Shown here one piece after another: positions 44,582 through 58,238 of a stretch of DNA of 64,000 nt (the first letter of the stretch is position 1; the number at the start of each line of letters is the position of its first letter). Under the pieces are notes generated by a model that did no database searches, was not told where the DNA came from, and saw only the letters and a list, made by a program, of their open reading frames with translations. The DNA comes from Octopus bimaculoides (taxonomy: Eukaryota). The position numbers and the translations under genes are program-made. The DNA lies in NCBI RefSeq assembly GCF_001194135.2, contig NC_068994.1, positions 50,470,368 through 50,534,367 of the forward strand. The letters run 5' to 3'.

Positions 44582-46009
44582 TGAATGCATGGGCAGGTGT
44601 GTATTTCTGTCTCGATGCATGCAAACCGATTGGGAACAAACCTTCACCATTCATACAAACAGTAGCATTTGTTAGCAGGCTTCTGCAAAAACATGCTTGG
44701 GTAGTTCATTGTTCATTAGAGCGCAGAAGAATTATTACCCTGCTTCGAAACAGACAAGGGTTAATTACAGGTAGGACATTTGGCCAAAGAAATTTCTGCC
44801 TTGATAAAATTATTTTAACACTAACTTTCCGGTGCATGAGAAAATGATTATAGAAACAATGAGGATGCAATGACGACGACAATGATTCTTGTTTTTCTTT
44901 TTTTATGCCTCAACTGAGCTGAGCCAGTATTCCAGGCATGACCATCCCATCTTTTCCTCAGGTAGAATACACCTAATATTAAACTATACAATGTCTTGCT
45001 TTCTTTTAGAAAACAGCAAGAGTGCAATTTCAAAGCTATTTTGCTGCTATTTCTAGTGATTCCGAAGATGCTCTATCATACATTAATTTCTACCATATGC
45101 ACCAAGGTTATTGATTTTTATAGAAATCATTTCCTTTCTTTCCTACGTCATAGGAGACATTGAATATGACATTATGGAGGTGAGATACAAATTCAATTTA
45201 GAAATAGTACGTTTTAATAAATAGCCAATATGATTTTGGCATTTATTTAAAACACTGTTAAATTCAATTTAGATCTCACCGACACACCCACATATATACA
45301 CAAATAGGTTGATAGTAATGAGTCCAGTTTTTATCTATTCAAAGAAGCAAATTAAAGAAATTAATAAATAAAAAGCAACTGTAAAGATGCCTTGATCTGT
45401 GACTTGACCTCAACTGCCAAACCCCTTAAGCCTGTACAGTTAAGTAGTAGGCCAGTTAAAACTCTTATTGATTTGTGGATTCAGTGCCAGTGATGAGATA
45501 CAAAGCATCTTCATTCCTTTGATAGACTGATTCCTTACTAACTCATCCAAGCACAATTCTTTTATCTTTAGTGGAACAGAGAGAGCGAGGAGAAAGAAAG
45601 AAAGGAATGAAGGGATGAACAGAAAGGGGAGAGCCCATAGGAGTGAGAGTGCACACGCATACATGCATGTGTGTGTGTGTGTGTGTGTGTCCATGTATGC
45701 ATGTGTGCATGTAAAATTAAATCCATACCATAAATCTCCCTAGTGTCCACTCTAACATACAGCTGAAACCATAGTAAAGAATTTAATTATAGTCTCTCAT
45801 CTATTCTCTCTCTCTCTACATAGCTCATCACAACAAGCCAACCTTCACATGGTTGCTCATTCCGCTAGACAGAGCAGTCAAATTTCCTCTCAAATCATGC
45901 TATTCTTTAAAAAGAAAAACAAAACACCTTTGGATGATACACTCAAATCTACTGTAGCCAAATAAAAGACAGGTTGGTCACAGTTGGAACGTCTTTTGGT
46001 CACAAGTCC

Positions 46010-46208
46010 ACACAAGGCCTGAAAGTTTTGGGGAGGGGGCCAGTCGATTAGATCGACCTCAGTACGCATCTGGTACCTAATGTATCGACCCCAAGAGGAT
46101 GAAAGGCAAAGTCGACCTCGGTGGAATTTGAACTCAGTATGTAAAGACAGACGAAATACTGCTAAGCATTTTGCCCGGCATGCTAACATTTCTGCCAGCT
46201 CGCCGCCT
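46010..46208 (-). mobile_element. SINE family B, well preserved
   Basis: Reverse complement of GGCGAGCTGGCAGAAATGTTAGCATGCCGGGCAAAATGCTTAGCAGTATTTCGTCTGTCTTTAC...GAGTTCAAATTCC, with A-box-like and B-box-like motifs. Confidence 0.85.
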
Positions 46209-46379
46209 TTATAATAATAATAATAATCCTTTCTACTAAAGGCACAAGGCCTGGAATTTGACGGGGAGGAGATTAGTCGATTAAATCAACCCAGTGTTTC
46301 ACTACATCATTGCCAAAGTAAAACGTCCAACTTGCTGTTACACGAGGTCTCCAGGCTAAACAAATAAAGCAACAATGTA

Positions 46380-46419
<40 letters not shown>

Positions 46420-46879
46420 GTGGTGGTAAATAACTGTATATCACGTCAACAATGACCTTGGAAATATGCCAAATCAGTTTGTCTCGGATCTAAATTTAGT
46501 ACCTACCAGAAGATGGTTTCCTAATAAAACAAATACATATACACACACACAAACACACATTATTTAAAGTTTAAAATGAAAAAATCCCATGACCAGTCTT
46601 CAAATACATGGGCTGACGTGACTTTTGTACAGCTGCAACTTTTGTTATGTAATTCAGACAACAAAATGGCTTGCTTGTCTACCATGTTAAGTTAATCAGA
46701 TACCTTCTTCTCTCTACCTGTCACACACCTGCCACCTCATTAACACAAATTGTTCAAGTAGAGCAACGTATGACTGCTTCACCAATTGTAAGTATACTTT
46801 ATTCCTAGTAATGTTCGGCTTTTATAGATTCTGGAAAGATCAAAGACAAGGTGCCAGCCACTAATCTCTATTGTGTATG

Positions 46880-47352
46880 ATCTAGGCACAAGGCCAGCAA
46901 AATTTGGGGTGGGAGCAAGAGAGTTATTCAATTACGTTGACACCCCACCCAGTACTTGATCCCTCAGGGAAACATAAAACAAAGTTTGACCTCAGCAAGA
47001 TTTGAACCTAGGACGCAAAATATGGGAACACTACAAGACATTTTATCTACCACTCCAATTTTGGTGGGTATAAAGGGTTAGTTGATTACATCATCCCCAG
47101 TAATCAACTGGTACTTGTTTTACTGGCCCTGGAAGCCATGAAAGGCAAAGTTAAACTTGATAGAATTTGAACTCAGAACATAAAACTGGAAGAAATGCTA
47201 AAAAGCATTTCGCCCAGCATGCTAACAATTCTGCCAGCTCACGGCCTTGATAATAACAATAATGGTCTCAAATTTTGTGGGAGGGATTAAGTTGATTACA
47301 TCAACCCAGAGCTAAGCTGGTACTTATTTTATCGACTCCGAAAGGACGAAAT
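46880..47352 (-). mobile_element. Cluster of about 3 SINE family B copies, running into an N gap
   Basis: Reverse-complement family B units. Confidence 0.75.
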
Positions 47353-48300
47353 NNNNNNNNNNNNNNNNNNNNNNNNNNNNNNNNNNNNNNNNNNNNNNNN
47401 NNNNNNNNNNNNNNNNNNNNNNNNNNNNNNNNNNNNNNNNNNNNNNNNNNNNNNNNNNNNNNNNNNNNNNNNNNNNNNNNNNNNNNNNNNNNNNNNNNNN
47501 NNNNNNNNNNNNNNNNNNNNNNNNNNNNNNNNNNNNNNNNNNNNNNNNNNNNNNNNNNNNNNNNNNNNNNNNNNNNNNNNNNNNNNNNNNNNNNNNNNNN
47601 NNNNNNNNNNNNNNNNNNNNNNNNNNNNNNNNNNNNNNNNNNNNNNNNNNNNNNNNNNNNNNNNNNNNNNNNNNNNNNNNNNNNNNNNNNNNNNNNNNNN
47701 NNNNNNNNNNNNNNNNNNNNNNNNNNNNNNNNNNNNNNNNNNNNNNNNNNNNNNNNNNNNNNNNNNNNNNNNNNNNNNNNNNNNNNNNNNNNNNNNNNNN
47801 NNNNNNNNNNNNNNNNNNNNNNNNNNNNNNNNNNNNNNNNNNNNNNNNNNNNNNNNNNNNNNNNNNNNNNNNNNNNNNNNNNNNNNNNNNNNNNNNNNNN
47901 NNNNNNNNNNNNNNNNNNNNNNNNNNNNNNNNNNNNNNNNNNNNNNNNNNNNNNNNNNNNNNNNNNNNNNNNNNNNNNNNNNNNNNNNNNNNNNNNNNNN
48001 NNNNNNNNNNNNNNNNNNNNNNNNNNNNNNNNNNNNNNNNNNNNNNNNNNNNNNNNNNNNNNNNNNNNNNNNNNNNNNNNNNNNNNNNNNNNNNNNNNNN
48101 NNNNNNNNNNNNNNNNNNNNNNNNNNNNNNNNNNNNNNNNNNNNNNNNNNNNNNNNNNNNNNNNNNNNNNNNNNNNNNNNNNNNNNNNNNNNNNNNNNNN
48201 NNNNNNNNNNNNNNNNNNNNNNNNNNNNNNNNNNNNNNNNNNNNNNNNNNNNNNNNNNNNNNNNNNNNNNNNNNNNNNNNNNNNNNNNNNNNNNNNNNNN
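47353..48300. other. Assembly gap (N run)
   Basis: Largest gap. Other large gaps are 17020-17870, 60415-60977, 41657-41970, 30651-30859, 49613-49778 and 1213-1374. Confidence 0.99.
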
Positions 48301-48536
48301 ATGCTGCTTCAGGATTTTTTCAAAAATTCCTTATCAGCCCCTCCTCTTCACTAATATTCTCATGTTTGGCATTAAATCAAACCATTTTCTTGCTAAGTAT
48401 CTAAGTTGGTATTTATTCAAAGTACTAGGAATTCTGGGGAAAGGAGGGAGGGGGAGGGGAAGGGGCAGAAACACTTGTGGGAGAATTAAAAAACCAAGAC
48501 AATATCTAACTATGCCCGAGTGCATATGCATATGAA

Positions 48537-48578
<42 letters not shown>

Positions 48579-48989
48579 CACGCATGTGTCTGTGTGTGTA
48601 GATCACACTCCATTCATCCAAATCTAGAAATGGCTGCTTCATACTTTTGCCCAGTTATTATGCTATAGTTCCAATGTTATTATGTAGACAGCAGCACAAT
48701 TCCAGACATTAATTATTACCTTGAATAGCTGCCACAGCTAATAGTGGTGATGACGGATGATAAAGTGAAGTGGGGGGAGGAGAAAGACATTGTTTCTGCT
48801 CAAAAACAATTGCCTAATATGAATTGCCTTATCATTCTTTCCATTCCATTCCTCTTCCTACTTCTTCCTCCCTCCCCTATAATAATCGCAAAGATTTTTT
48901 TTGTCTTTTTTCCTCGTCAGTAAATCCACAATGCAACAATTTCATGAGGAAATCAGTATTTTAGAATTAATCAAAAATGTAGCAGAAGA

Positions 48990-49278
48990 AGAGTATATAT
49001 ATTCATTTAACAAGGAATGTAGCTTGGCGATCAGGGCGTTTCTCCAGGTCAAGTTGCTACTTCTCAGCATCGAGAGGTCACAGCTCTGGTACGACAGACG
49101 CGTGATTAGAATGTTGCAAGAAAGAATCGCAAGATGGATTCTTCAAGCTGAGACAACCAACAGAACACTTCAGAGTAGACCAAAAATTAGATGCTTTGGT
49201 AATATCCATGGTCTTGGTTGGTCAAGCTTAAGATCAGTGATGTCCAGACTACTCCACACAGAGACATACACATATTAA
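48990..49278 (+). pseudogene. Decayed RTE-clade LINE C-terminal fragment
   Basis: RVIRMLQERIARWILQAETT...SRPKIRCFGNIHGLGWSSL is a degenerate version of HV.RM..ER.....L.A......GRPK.RW.D.I..L.W..L. Confidence 0.55.
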
Positions 49279-50521
49279 GGGCTATATTATTCAATACATT
49301 TGTTGTTCTTTTTTTTTTTTAAATAGGAGTGCGATTTTGAAGCTCTGGCTTTTCTTGGAGGTTTTTCCATTCATGAATAGTATTTATGCTATTTAGCTAA
49401 GTGTTGGGGTGTGATTTGAGGGAGATCTATTCCAACTTCAGGCAACTCCATAAAGGCTTCCTCACTGACTGACAATTAACCCTTTTGATTCCAATCCATG
49501 CACGACTGCCTTTGGTCCTCTGATACAAACATCTTGACTTAAAGTGATCTAAATTAAAACCTTCCATCAAAATTTCACGTTGATTTATGTTCCAAATATC
49601 AGATTCATTGATNNNNNNNNNNNNNNNNNNNNNNNNNNNNNNNNNNNNNNNNNNNNNNNNNNNNNNNNNNNNNNNNNNNNNNNNNNNNNNNNNNNNNNNN
49701 NNNNNNNNNNNNNNNNNNNNNNNNNNNNNNNNNNNNNNNNNNNNNNNNNNNNNNNNNNNNNNNNNNNNNNNNNNNNNNTTCCACCCCAACCCACCCCCAT
49801 CCCCACCAAAAAAAAAAAAAAGATGTTGGCAAATATTTTTAATTCATATTTTAATTATTACATCAATGGATATGTGTTTTCATTCTCAGCAGTTTGTTAT
49901 TTTCTTTCACTTCAATCAACAATTAATGATTAGAAACACAATCACCAAAAAACATTGTGTACCGCAGATATTAAACTACCTTTGTTGTTTTCTTAACCTC
50001 TCTCTCTATTCCTAAGAATTCTCTATGCAACAAGTCAGTGACGGTGGTGTTTTTATTTTATACATTTACAAAACCAACAAACATACCATCTTTCTCGGTT
50101 GGTTGGTAGTTATTACATGTTAATTGGCCAATACATGATGATTCAAATACAAAGTCATTGACACTGATAAATTATTTTTAGTTCACAAAAAGTTGTTTGT
50201 TGTTTCACTTCCGTGACTGCTGATGATAAGGACAAGGACACGAAAATCTGAAATCCGGCTGCAATATTGACTGTTTTTGATACTTTTCTCAATATTTATT
50301 TCTACTTTTTTGACTATCTGCAAAAGGTTATTGACTTCAACAAATATTTGTAGTTATTATTATGCTTATAAGATTAACTAAGTAATAAGTGCAATACCCA
50401 CCAACACATCCATCAGCCAGCGATATGGACCACCATTTTCTGAAAAGCTGACTGAGATACACTTCCTTTGTAGTTAAACTATACAGTAGCATAGACACAT
50501 TCTCAAACTGTCTCTATAAGA

Positions 50522-50557
<36 letters not shown>

Positions 50558-51760
50558 AAAGAGACAATACTTTGCATGGATGTTTTGAGTGACAAGGCAA
50601 TTTACTTCTAATTTCTCTCAATCTACCCCCTCTCAGTCACCTACAAACACTTTGAAACGTTTTCCCTGTAATCTTTACTCATGTAACGCAGAAAAAATTT
50701 ATGCCAGGCTACTTGCACATCCTCTCCATATTTCAGTCCGTTGGTAACTAAAGCCCTTCCCCCTTGTACACAGAAAAATGAACTTCACAAGACCCATCAT
50801 AAGGCTACCTATCTTGGAGTGAAGTAATTCTGAATATTAGTTGAAACACAGTAGAGAGAACACTTTAGATCTCACATCAAACAACCTCCCTAGTACTAAT
50901 AGCACTCTATAAAGTAGTTAAAGAGTGGTGAGAAAAACCAGCCATAGAAATGTTGGCAAAAACATATTAAACAAATATGTAAACTCCAGAAATCACATAA
51001 CAGTAAGAATTGCTACAGAAAAGAGTGGATTCTTTACATTGTGAAAGCTTTCCTAGTGCTGATGGCACAGTCAAAAGTGTCTGGCATGTACAGTTAGACA
51101 TGTGCAGCTCCAATGTTGCCTGATTTTTCACTATTGCTGTGAGTGCGAGATGACACAGACCATGATGACCTGACCCAACCAACACCAACACGGGAAAATG
51201 GATATGAAATGAGGAGAAGGATTGACTACTTTATTGGCACAGACCCATGCAGAGTAAACAAGAGTAAACTTCAACATATGAAAACTTATGCCAACCCAAA
51301 TACACACACACAGACTGTAAAACTTTAAAAAATGAAAGGTGCAGAATTCAGTAATGTTTTTTCAACCAATTCATGTATATCTTAAAGCACTTTTTATACA
51401 AGGAAGACGGTAAGCAGTCTTCTCTCTAACAATATAAAGATAACTGCACACATCATGAAAACTGTACATCACCTACTGCTAAATATGAACAACATGCAAC
51501 TAGATTGCTCCAAAGTTACCACAAATACCACGCTTTGTCCTCACTGAGTGTCTCTCCTGGCAAACATACACCTTCAAGGTAACCCAAACTGTTTTAAATG
51601 ACTAATTTGGAGCCAGAAAATAGTTAAAACAACAACAACTAATTCTCTACAAAGCTCAGGCAAAATTGACAATGGAGTATTACTCTCTTCTCTTGGATGG
51701 TGCTGCTGTTATCACAGCACAGACATCCTAGGCTACATTTTACTGAATACCATGAGATTA

Positions 51761-51921
51761 CCATATTTTAACATGTATAAGGAACCTTCTTTTGTCAAAA
51801 ATTAGGTTAAAAAATATGGGAGTTTCTTATACATGGATAGTATTATGATCCCTTACAAAACCTTTTTTCCAAATTTTAAGCCCTCAAAATTAGGGGGTTC
51901 CTTATACACGTTAAAATATGG
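51761..51921. mobile_element. Tc1/mariner-superfamily (pogo/Tc2-like) MITE
   Basis: 26-bp TIR CCATATTTTAACATGTATAAGGAACC versus GGTTCCTTATACACGTTAAAATATGG (1 mismatch), flanked by TA on both sides. Confidence 0.85.
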
Positions 51922-53959
51922 TACTCACCAATACTACTCTTCAAACATTACATATTGCTAAGTTGAAGAACAATACTCAAATAATATATGTATATGCTTT
52001 TAAGGCTGTTTTCCTGGGAAATTCCAACCCAGATTCAATAAAACTAAATGAAATACAAGCCTTTCTTTACTCCCTACAATGTAGGTTCCGTCCACATAGA
52101 AAAAATGATATTTCTTCACCTGAGCAGATTTTTCTTATATCTAGTTTCTCTCTCTATTTGTGCTCTGCCATTCATGCACACTAACATTACACATCCAGTG
52201 AAGCATGCACACTCAGGTCAACATTGCTTTACACCCTTCTGAGGCTGATAAAATATGTGCCAGACAAAGAATTATAAATGGAGGAGGGATTGGGAGAAAA
52301 AAGTGACTTCAATTCCTAAAAGTTGGTGCCACAAAATGGTTGGAGTTCAACAATTGCAACCAGGGGAAGAATAAAACAATGAAATATAAAGACCCCAAAA
52401 AGGATTATGTCGACGCTGGAAGCACTTGAGATTTTTCATATGTTGTGAGAGAGAGAGAGAGAAAGAAAGAGGGAGAGATAAGGAGAGAGAATGAAGGTGT
52501 GCATAAATGCAAAACTTGCCAGAATTTTTTTTAAATATTACTAATTCTAATTTACTGGAGTTTGTTAAATTAATATTTACAAATTAACAGCGTTTAAATA
52601 ATAAAAATAAAACAAATTAAGATAGAATACATGGAATGGAATTACAGTTTTAGGTTTTGCGGTGTGTGTATGAGCAAATGTATATATATATATATTTTAT
52701 TAGGATAAATGGAAAAAATTCCTCTACTAAATTAATTTGTTGCTGGTATAGCAATATTATGATTTTTCTTTCACTTTTTAAATTTTCCTTTTCTCACTTC
52801 TTTCTTAAAGGGAGAAAATTTACCTGAAGGCGGCTGGCCATGTTCATTGATAAATCACATCTTTTTAAGGTTTTGGAATAATTAATTTTTCTTTCTTGTT
52901 TAGTTTTCTTTTATAAACCCTTTCACGATCACATTTCTAATGAAATACACTTCCTGTGTGTTTCAATTAATTTTGAAGGATTTAGTGAAATAATTAACCA
53001 TTTTCAATATAAAGTTGTTTCTAAGAACATAATAATAATGATCTGGTATAAATATATAAAATGAGTCTAAACTTATATATAAAATAACAAGTTTTGTTTA
53101 TTAAAGCCAGAGAGAGGCATATCAGACATGTTGCTATCAAAAAGATGCAACAATATTTTTACTAACAATATGGTCTTAAGTTCTGGTATTTATTTACTAA
53201 CAATAAATCACGGGGCAGCAATGCAAAATAGCTCTGTCGTTATTATTTGTATTTATCAACATTTCCTTATATGTTGTGTTATATTTTGAATAATGATGCA
53301 ACATGTTCACACTGTTGCCAGTTGGTACACCCACCTCCATCAGTCTCATCTGACAGCCAATACTACTTCTCTCATAGCAGACAACTACAATAAGAGCACC
53401 GCTAGCTTGAACATAATGAAAAATAGTTGTAACCCTTCTGGAATAAAAGAAAACTAACTTACCAACTATCACCATCTCCTACAATCACAAAGGTAGCCCC
53501 AATTACCAGTTAAGTACCTACAGACTACTCCCACTTGTACACTAACCTATTTCCTATAGTCACACTGAACACATTGTTGCTCAAGAGAGAAGTCGTTCCG
53601 CTGCTTCTTGGATAAGTATTCTAGATGGTAAAATCCTCCACTCCCTTTCTCCCTCCATTTAACCATATCAGAAACGGATCCTAGAAGATACAGATGCAGT
53701 GCACGTTACCCAATCATCAAGGGATGGAGCAACGTTCCTGTCACATGGTGAATCACGATACGCTCAACAAAAAAGAAAAAGCAAAAAAACCTGAAAGAAA
53801 AAGATGGGGGGGGGGCAAAAGGTAGTCTGAATGTAAGAATTTTACCAATGGTCTCTGATGAGAGAATCTGAAATACAAACTATTCTGTATTGCAAAGCGT
53901 TGTGTCAGTGGAAATTGGGTACACTTGCCCTAAAAGAAGGACACCATGCTCTATATACA

Positions 53960-54119
53960 GGTGCAGGCGTGGCTGTGTGGTAAGAAACTTCCTTCCCAAC
54001 TATATGGTCCTGGGTTCAGTCCCACTGCATGGCACCTTGGGCAAGTGTCTTCTTCTATAGCCTCAGGCTGACCAGCCTTGTGATTGGAATTGGTAGACGG
54101 AAACTGGGGGAAACCCGTC

Positions 54120-54154
<35 letters not shown>

Positions 54155-54347
54155 TTAGTGTTTACCCACCACGACCACTTGACAACCGGTGACAGTGTGT
54201 TTACATCCCCATAACTTAGCGGTTCGGCAAAATAGACCGATACAACAAGTACTAAGCTTACAAAGAATAAGTCCTGGGGTCGACTTGTTTGACTAAAGGC
54301 GGTGCAACAGCATAGCTGCAGTCAAATGACTGAAACAAGTAAGAGAA
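53960..54347 (+). mobile_element. SINE family A, full length
   Basis: Same head, core and tail as 38649-39034. Confidence 0.9.
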
Positions 54348-54362
54348 CAGGAACATTGTACT

Positions 54363-54860
54363 GTGTATGAAATGTAAAGTGTGGGGAATCAAGAGACGCC
54401 ATTAGATCACAGGTTGGTCGACAGAAGAATTAAAGGAACTTATGTGAGGCAGATGCACAAGAATAGTCAGCAGCAGGAGCATCTATGAAATAAACTCTTA
54501 GCTTTTATTACCTAGGTGATTTAATTAGCAGTGGAAGAGGATTATCCACGATCGCAGTAGCTAGAGTTTCAACTGAGAGACAAAGATCAGAGAGGGGCAA
54601 GAATAGAGTTCTCTCATCAGGCAAAAGCCAGATTCTACGATACTTATGTAGAACACAGAATGTTGCGTGGTAGTGTGAATGCAGTGGATGTTACAAGGCT
54701 GGACAGAAATAAAACAAGCATGATCCATAGGATGTGTAATGTTAATCATGGATTAAACAACAGAGAAGAAAAGAGCAGAGAAAACGACTGCATGAAAAGG
54801 ACTCGGATGTAGCTTGCAAAGAGAGAGAGAAGACTGCACTGATAATGTTCATGATACATA
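54363..54860 (+). pseudogene. Decayed RTE-clade LINE ORF fragment (C-terminal to the RT domain)
   Basis: Broken frames give FYYLGDLISSGRG...AVARV, KARFYDTYV...MLRGS and RLDRNKTSMIHRMCNV. These resemble the RTE pattern FCYLGD...KGRLY.ACV...MLHGSETW...RLERNE.SMLRWMC. Confidence 0.75.
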
Positions 54861-56022
54861 TGTAGTGTGACAGTTGGTTAAAACAGTAACAATCAATCCA
54901 AGTAGAAGGAAGTCACAGAAGAGAAAGAACAAAGAAAGCCAGAGAAGAATCAATGAAAGATGCTTTTAAGAAACACTAAACCTCATGAAAGGGATGACAA
55001 AGGATTGTAACAACTGCTAAGATGCTGTGCTAGAGAAATCATATCCACCTCTTTGCAGGCATTGAAACACAGACCTAAGATAGTGCTGGTGGTGTGGTAA
55101 TTCAGGAAAGATGAAAGGATAATTCCTGGAAGGACCTGAATTCTCAAATATCAACAGGCAATATAGAAACGGTTAGCAATAAATTAGATACAATAAAACG
55201 TCAACTAGTCAGAAGTTCTATGGGTTTGGGGGGGATTCTTTATAAAATTATTCCATGTCTTTTGTGAACAATAATGTCATGGGTTATAAAGTTCCAACAG
55301 GCCAACTACTGGTTCACTACATTTATGCCATGTCAAAAATGCCTTATAACTCATACATATGTGTGCGTGTGCAGTTGCAGAAGATAAAAAACATTTAAAG
55401 ATGTTTGTGTGCAAGTGTATATATACATGCTCTCAACTTATTTTCACACACACAACACCATCCTAGGAGGGCCTGGGGTGGTCATGAGTACAGCCATTCT
55501 CCACCCACAAATAAGCCATTAAAAAATATTTGCATTAAAAAAAAAAACAATTTGTTCTTGGTCTGTTTATGATGAGTTTCCCCAGTATGTATGTATGTAT
55601 AAAACACACACAAACAAACATGCATACACACACGTATCTATAGAGCATTTATAAAGATCCTAGAGTATGAATGAAAGAGTGTGCATCAAAATTAGAAGCA
55701 TGCATCATTCTACCACATCAATGCAGAATTTTTTATGCTCTGGATTTCAAGACCAGATTAAAAACAAAACAGAAAAACAACAGGAGAGAGTGAAAACAGA
55801 CATATCAAACCCACTCAACAATGGTAATAATAATAACTAGAATGATCTAAGCAAGCTGAATTAGTTGATAAATGAGAAGAGCTAGAAGAGGGAGTAAGGA
55901 GAAAAACAAATTCAATCAAGCTATCAACTATGTCCCCCACCAACCCACCTCTTCTTTCTACTAGTAAGCTACCATTGGTCAGTTTTAGAAAAATTCTGTT
56001 ATTTGTAGGTAAACCTTCTTAC

Positions 56023-56062
56023 CTGGCTTGTCAAAACGAGCTCGTTTATTGCCGGGATCCAT
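56023..56062 (-). CDS. CtBP: CtBP first coding exon (MDPGNKRARFDKP + G, phase 1), with a basic NLS-like KRARFD motif
   Basis: The minus strand reads ATG GAT CCC GGC AAT AAA CGA GCT CGT TTT GAC AAG CCA G|gtaaga, a consensus donor. An in-frame TGA lies 6 codons upstream of the ATG. Phase 1 matches exon 2. KRARFD parallels KRQRLD (vertebrate CtBP2) and KRSRID (Drosophila CtBP), recalled from memory. Confidence 0.85.
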
Positions 56063-56321
56063 GTGCAGCAGCTTTGTTCAGGTGTGGAGGGGGCCTTGTC
56101 GCTCGCTCCAGCACCACACCACACCACCTCCAAAATATATAGTCCACCGCAGTCTTCACTTAAATCCACTCCAAGGATGCAAGACACCCTCAATAAATGA
56201 TCGACCAGATTGGCTTATATGTTCAAAATTGATCAGGTGAATTCTTTTTCTCAGGTGATTAGTTCTTCCTTGGGTTTTTATTATTATTTTCTTCTTTTGA
56301 CTTAAACAGATCTTTAAAATT
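56063..56321 (-). other. CtBP: 5' UTR part of the CtBP first coding exon
   Basis: Strong acceptor ttcttctctctttatttctcttgtcgttacag| at 56322, and I found no ATG between it and the start codon. This implies a further non-coding exon upstream. Confidence 0.55.
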
Positions 56322-56469
56322 CTGTAACGACAAGAGAAATAAAGAGAGAAGAATATTAGCTTCAGAATTTTTAATTTTTTTATTTTAGAACAACATTTAA
56401 TAAAAAGGGGGGAAAAAACTTTTACAAATAGTAGCAACAAAAAATATATATACAAACATACATACACAA

Positions 56470-56670
56470 GCACAGGAGTGGCTGTGTGGTAAGTAGTTTG
56501 CTTACCAACTACATGGTTTCGGGTTCAGTCCCACTGCATGGCACCTTGGGCAAGTGTCTTCTACTATAGCCTCGGGCAGACCAAAGCCTTGTGAGTGGAT
56601 TTGGTAGACGGAAACTGAAAGAAGCCTATCATATACATAATGTTTGTGTGTCTGTGTTTGTCCTCCCAAG
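56470..56670 (+). mobile_element. SINE family A, 5' half
   Basis: Well-preserved tRNA-like head and core; truncated after the microsatellite. Confidence 0.85.
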
Positions 56671-57391
56671 TCTGCAATGCCTTTACTCTATTCAGGATCA
56701 ATCAAGAAAATATCTAAGATTAATGTAATTGAAAGCAGGATCACAGCATAAAAATACTCCAATGGCAGAAGCCGGAAATAGAATAAATGCACTAAAACTC
56801 AACATATGCATCAGTTTGTTTCTTTATTTTGGAGTGAAGTTGTCCATTTTGTTTTAAGTACACACACGCATGGATTCGGGTAGATCTAATTTTGTTCTTA
56901 ACTGCCATTACTTTGGTTTGTCTTACATATTAAAAAAACTCTTACTCTCTGCAAACTTTTTTTTTTTTTTTTACTGAATTATGAAAAAGAAAATCCAGTC
57001 GATAATTTTATTTGAATATATATTTATCTTATAAATCCAAGAATGAGAAAGAAAACAAAAAAAATCCATGGTCAAATCAATTCAATAAATTAAACTGAAT
57101 TCTATAATACAAATTAAGTTTTCTAAAATAGCTTTATTGAAGAAAAGAAAATTGAAAAAACAAACTTCCATTGGTTGGACGTAGATAGTTTTGAATCTAA
57201 AAATTCAACACACACACACACACAAAAGCACTGACAAAATTGAAATTAAAAACTGAGGGAATATAAACTGTAAAAATCGAAAAAGGACTTCGGAACTTTT
57301 CAAAAAGTAAGATTGAGAAAACAGTCAGTATCTAAATTTAAATGTGTATACCCAATTTCAACGCAACACTCACTAAAGTTCATAAAATATT

Positions 57392-57520
57392 GTTTCTGTC
57401 TTCCAAATCCACTCAGAAGGCTTTGGTTGGTTGGCTTGGGGTTATAATAGAAGACAGATGCCTAAGGTGCCATAACTGAACTCAGAACCATGTGGTTGGA
57501 AGCAAACTTCTTACTACACA
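57392..57520 (-). mobile_element. SINE family A, 5' half
   Basis: Reverse complement of the head and core (CCAAATCCACTC...AGAACCATGTGGTTGGAAGCAAACTTCTTACTACAC). Confidence 0.75.
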
Positions 57521-57616
57521 CTATCGACAGGTCACAATGAACTGCATGTGAACTTACACATTAGAGTTAAGAAAATCGATCAAGGTGACCAGGAAATGCT
57601 CCAACAAAATGCCAAC

Positions 57617-57695
<79 letters not shown>

Positions 57696-58155
57696 GAAAG
57701 AGAGAGACAAAAAAAAATATTTGTTTCAAGGAATCTGAAATCTAAAAGAAGTTGGGAAATAGGGGGATTTTACAACTAAAGCCTTGTTTTAAATATATAT
57801 TTCAAAAGTTCTTTCTACTTTTAAGAGGGACAGGGTTACTATCTAGCATTTCTTCTTAAGTAAAAAATATCCAAATTATTTCTAATGGCACAAATTTTTC
57901 AATTTGGTGTTTGGAATTAAATATTTCACTAAAAATGTGTTATATCATCTACCATCAGACAGCTAAATAAGAAAACTGATAGCCAAACATCTTGCTTGAA
58001 TTTTATAACTTTCTTGTTGATATATATATTAAAAATGTAGATATTATTGTAAACAAATTTTATTTATTTTCTATCCACCAAGTCTGATATTTTTTTTAGC
58101 ACGTAAGGAAAAATGAGAAAATGCCAAGAAAAACTAAATATTACAAATAAGTTAC

Positions 58156-58238
58156 CTCCCCTGAATAATTTAAATGCAGCTCACAAACGTTCAGTTGGTT
58201 ACTACTTGATTATCAGAAAAAGGCTTTTCTCTACGTAT
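58156..58238 (-). other. Candidate upstream non-coding exon of CtBP
   Basis: Donor GAG|gtaact at 58156/58155 and acceptor ctttcag| at 58239 with a weak pyrimidine tract. It could instead be the 3' end of a first exon. Confidence 0.25.
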
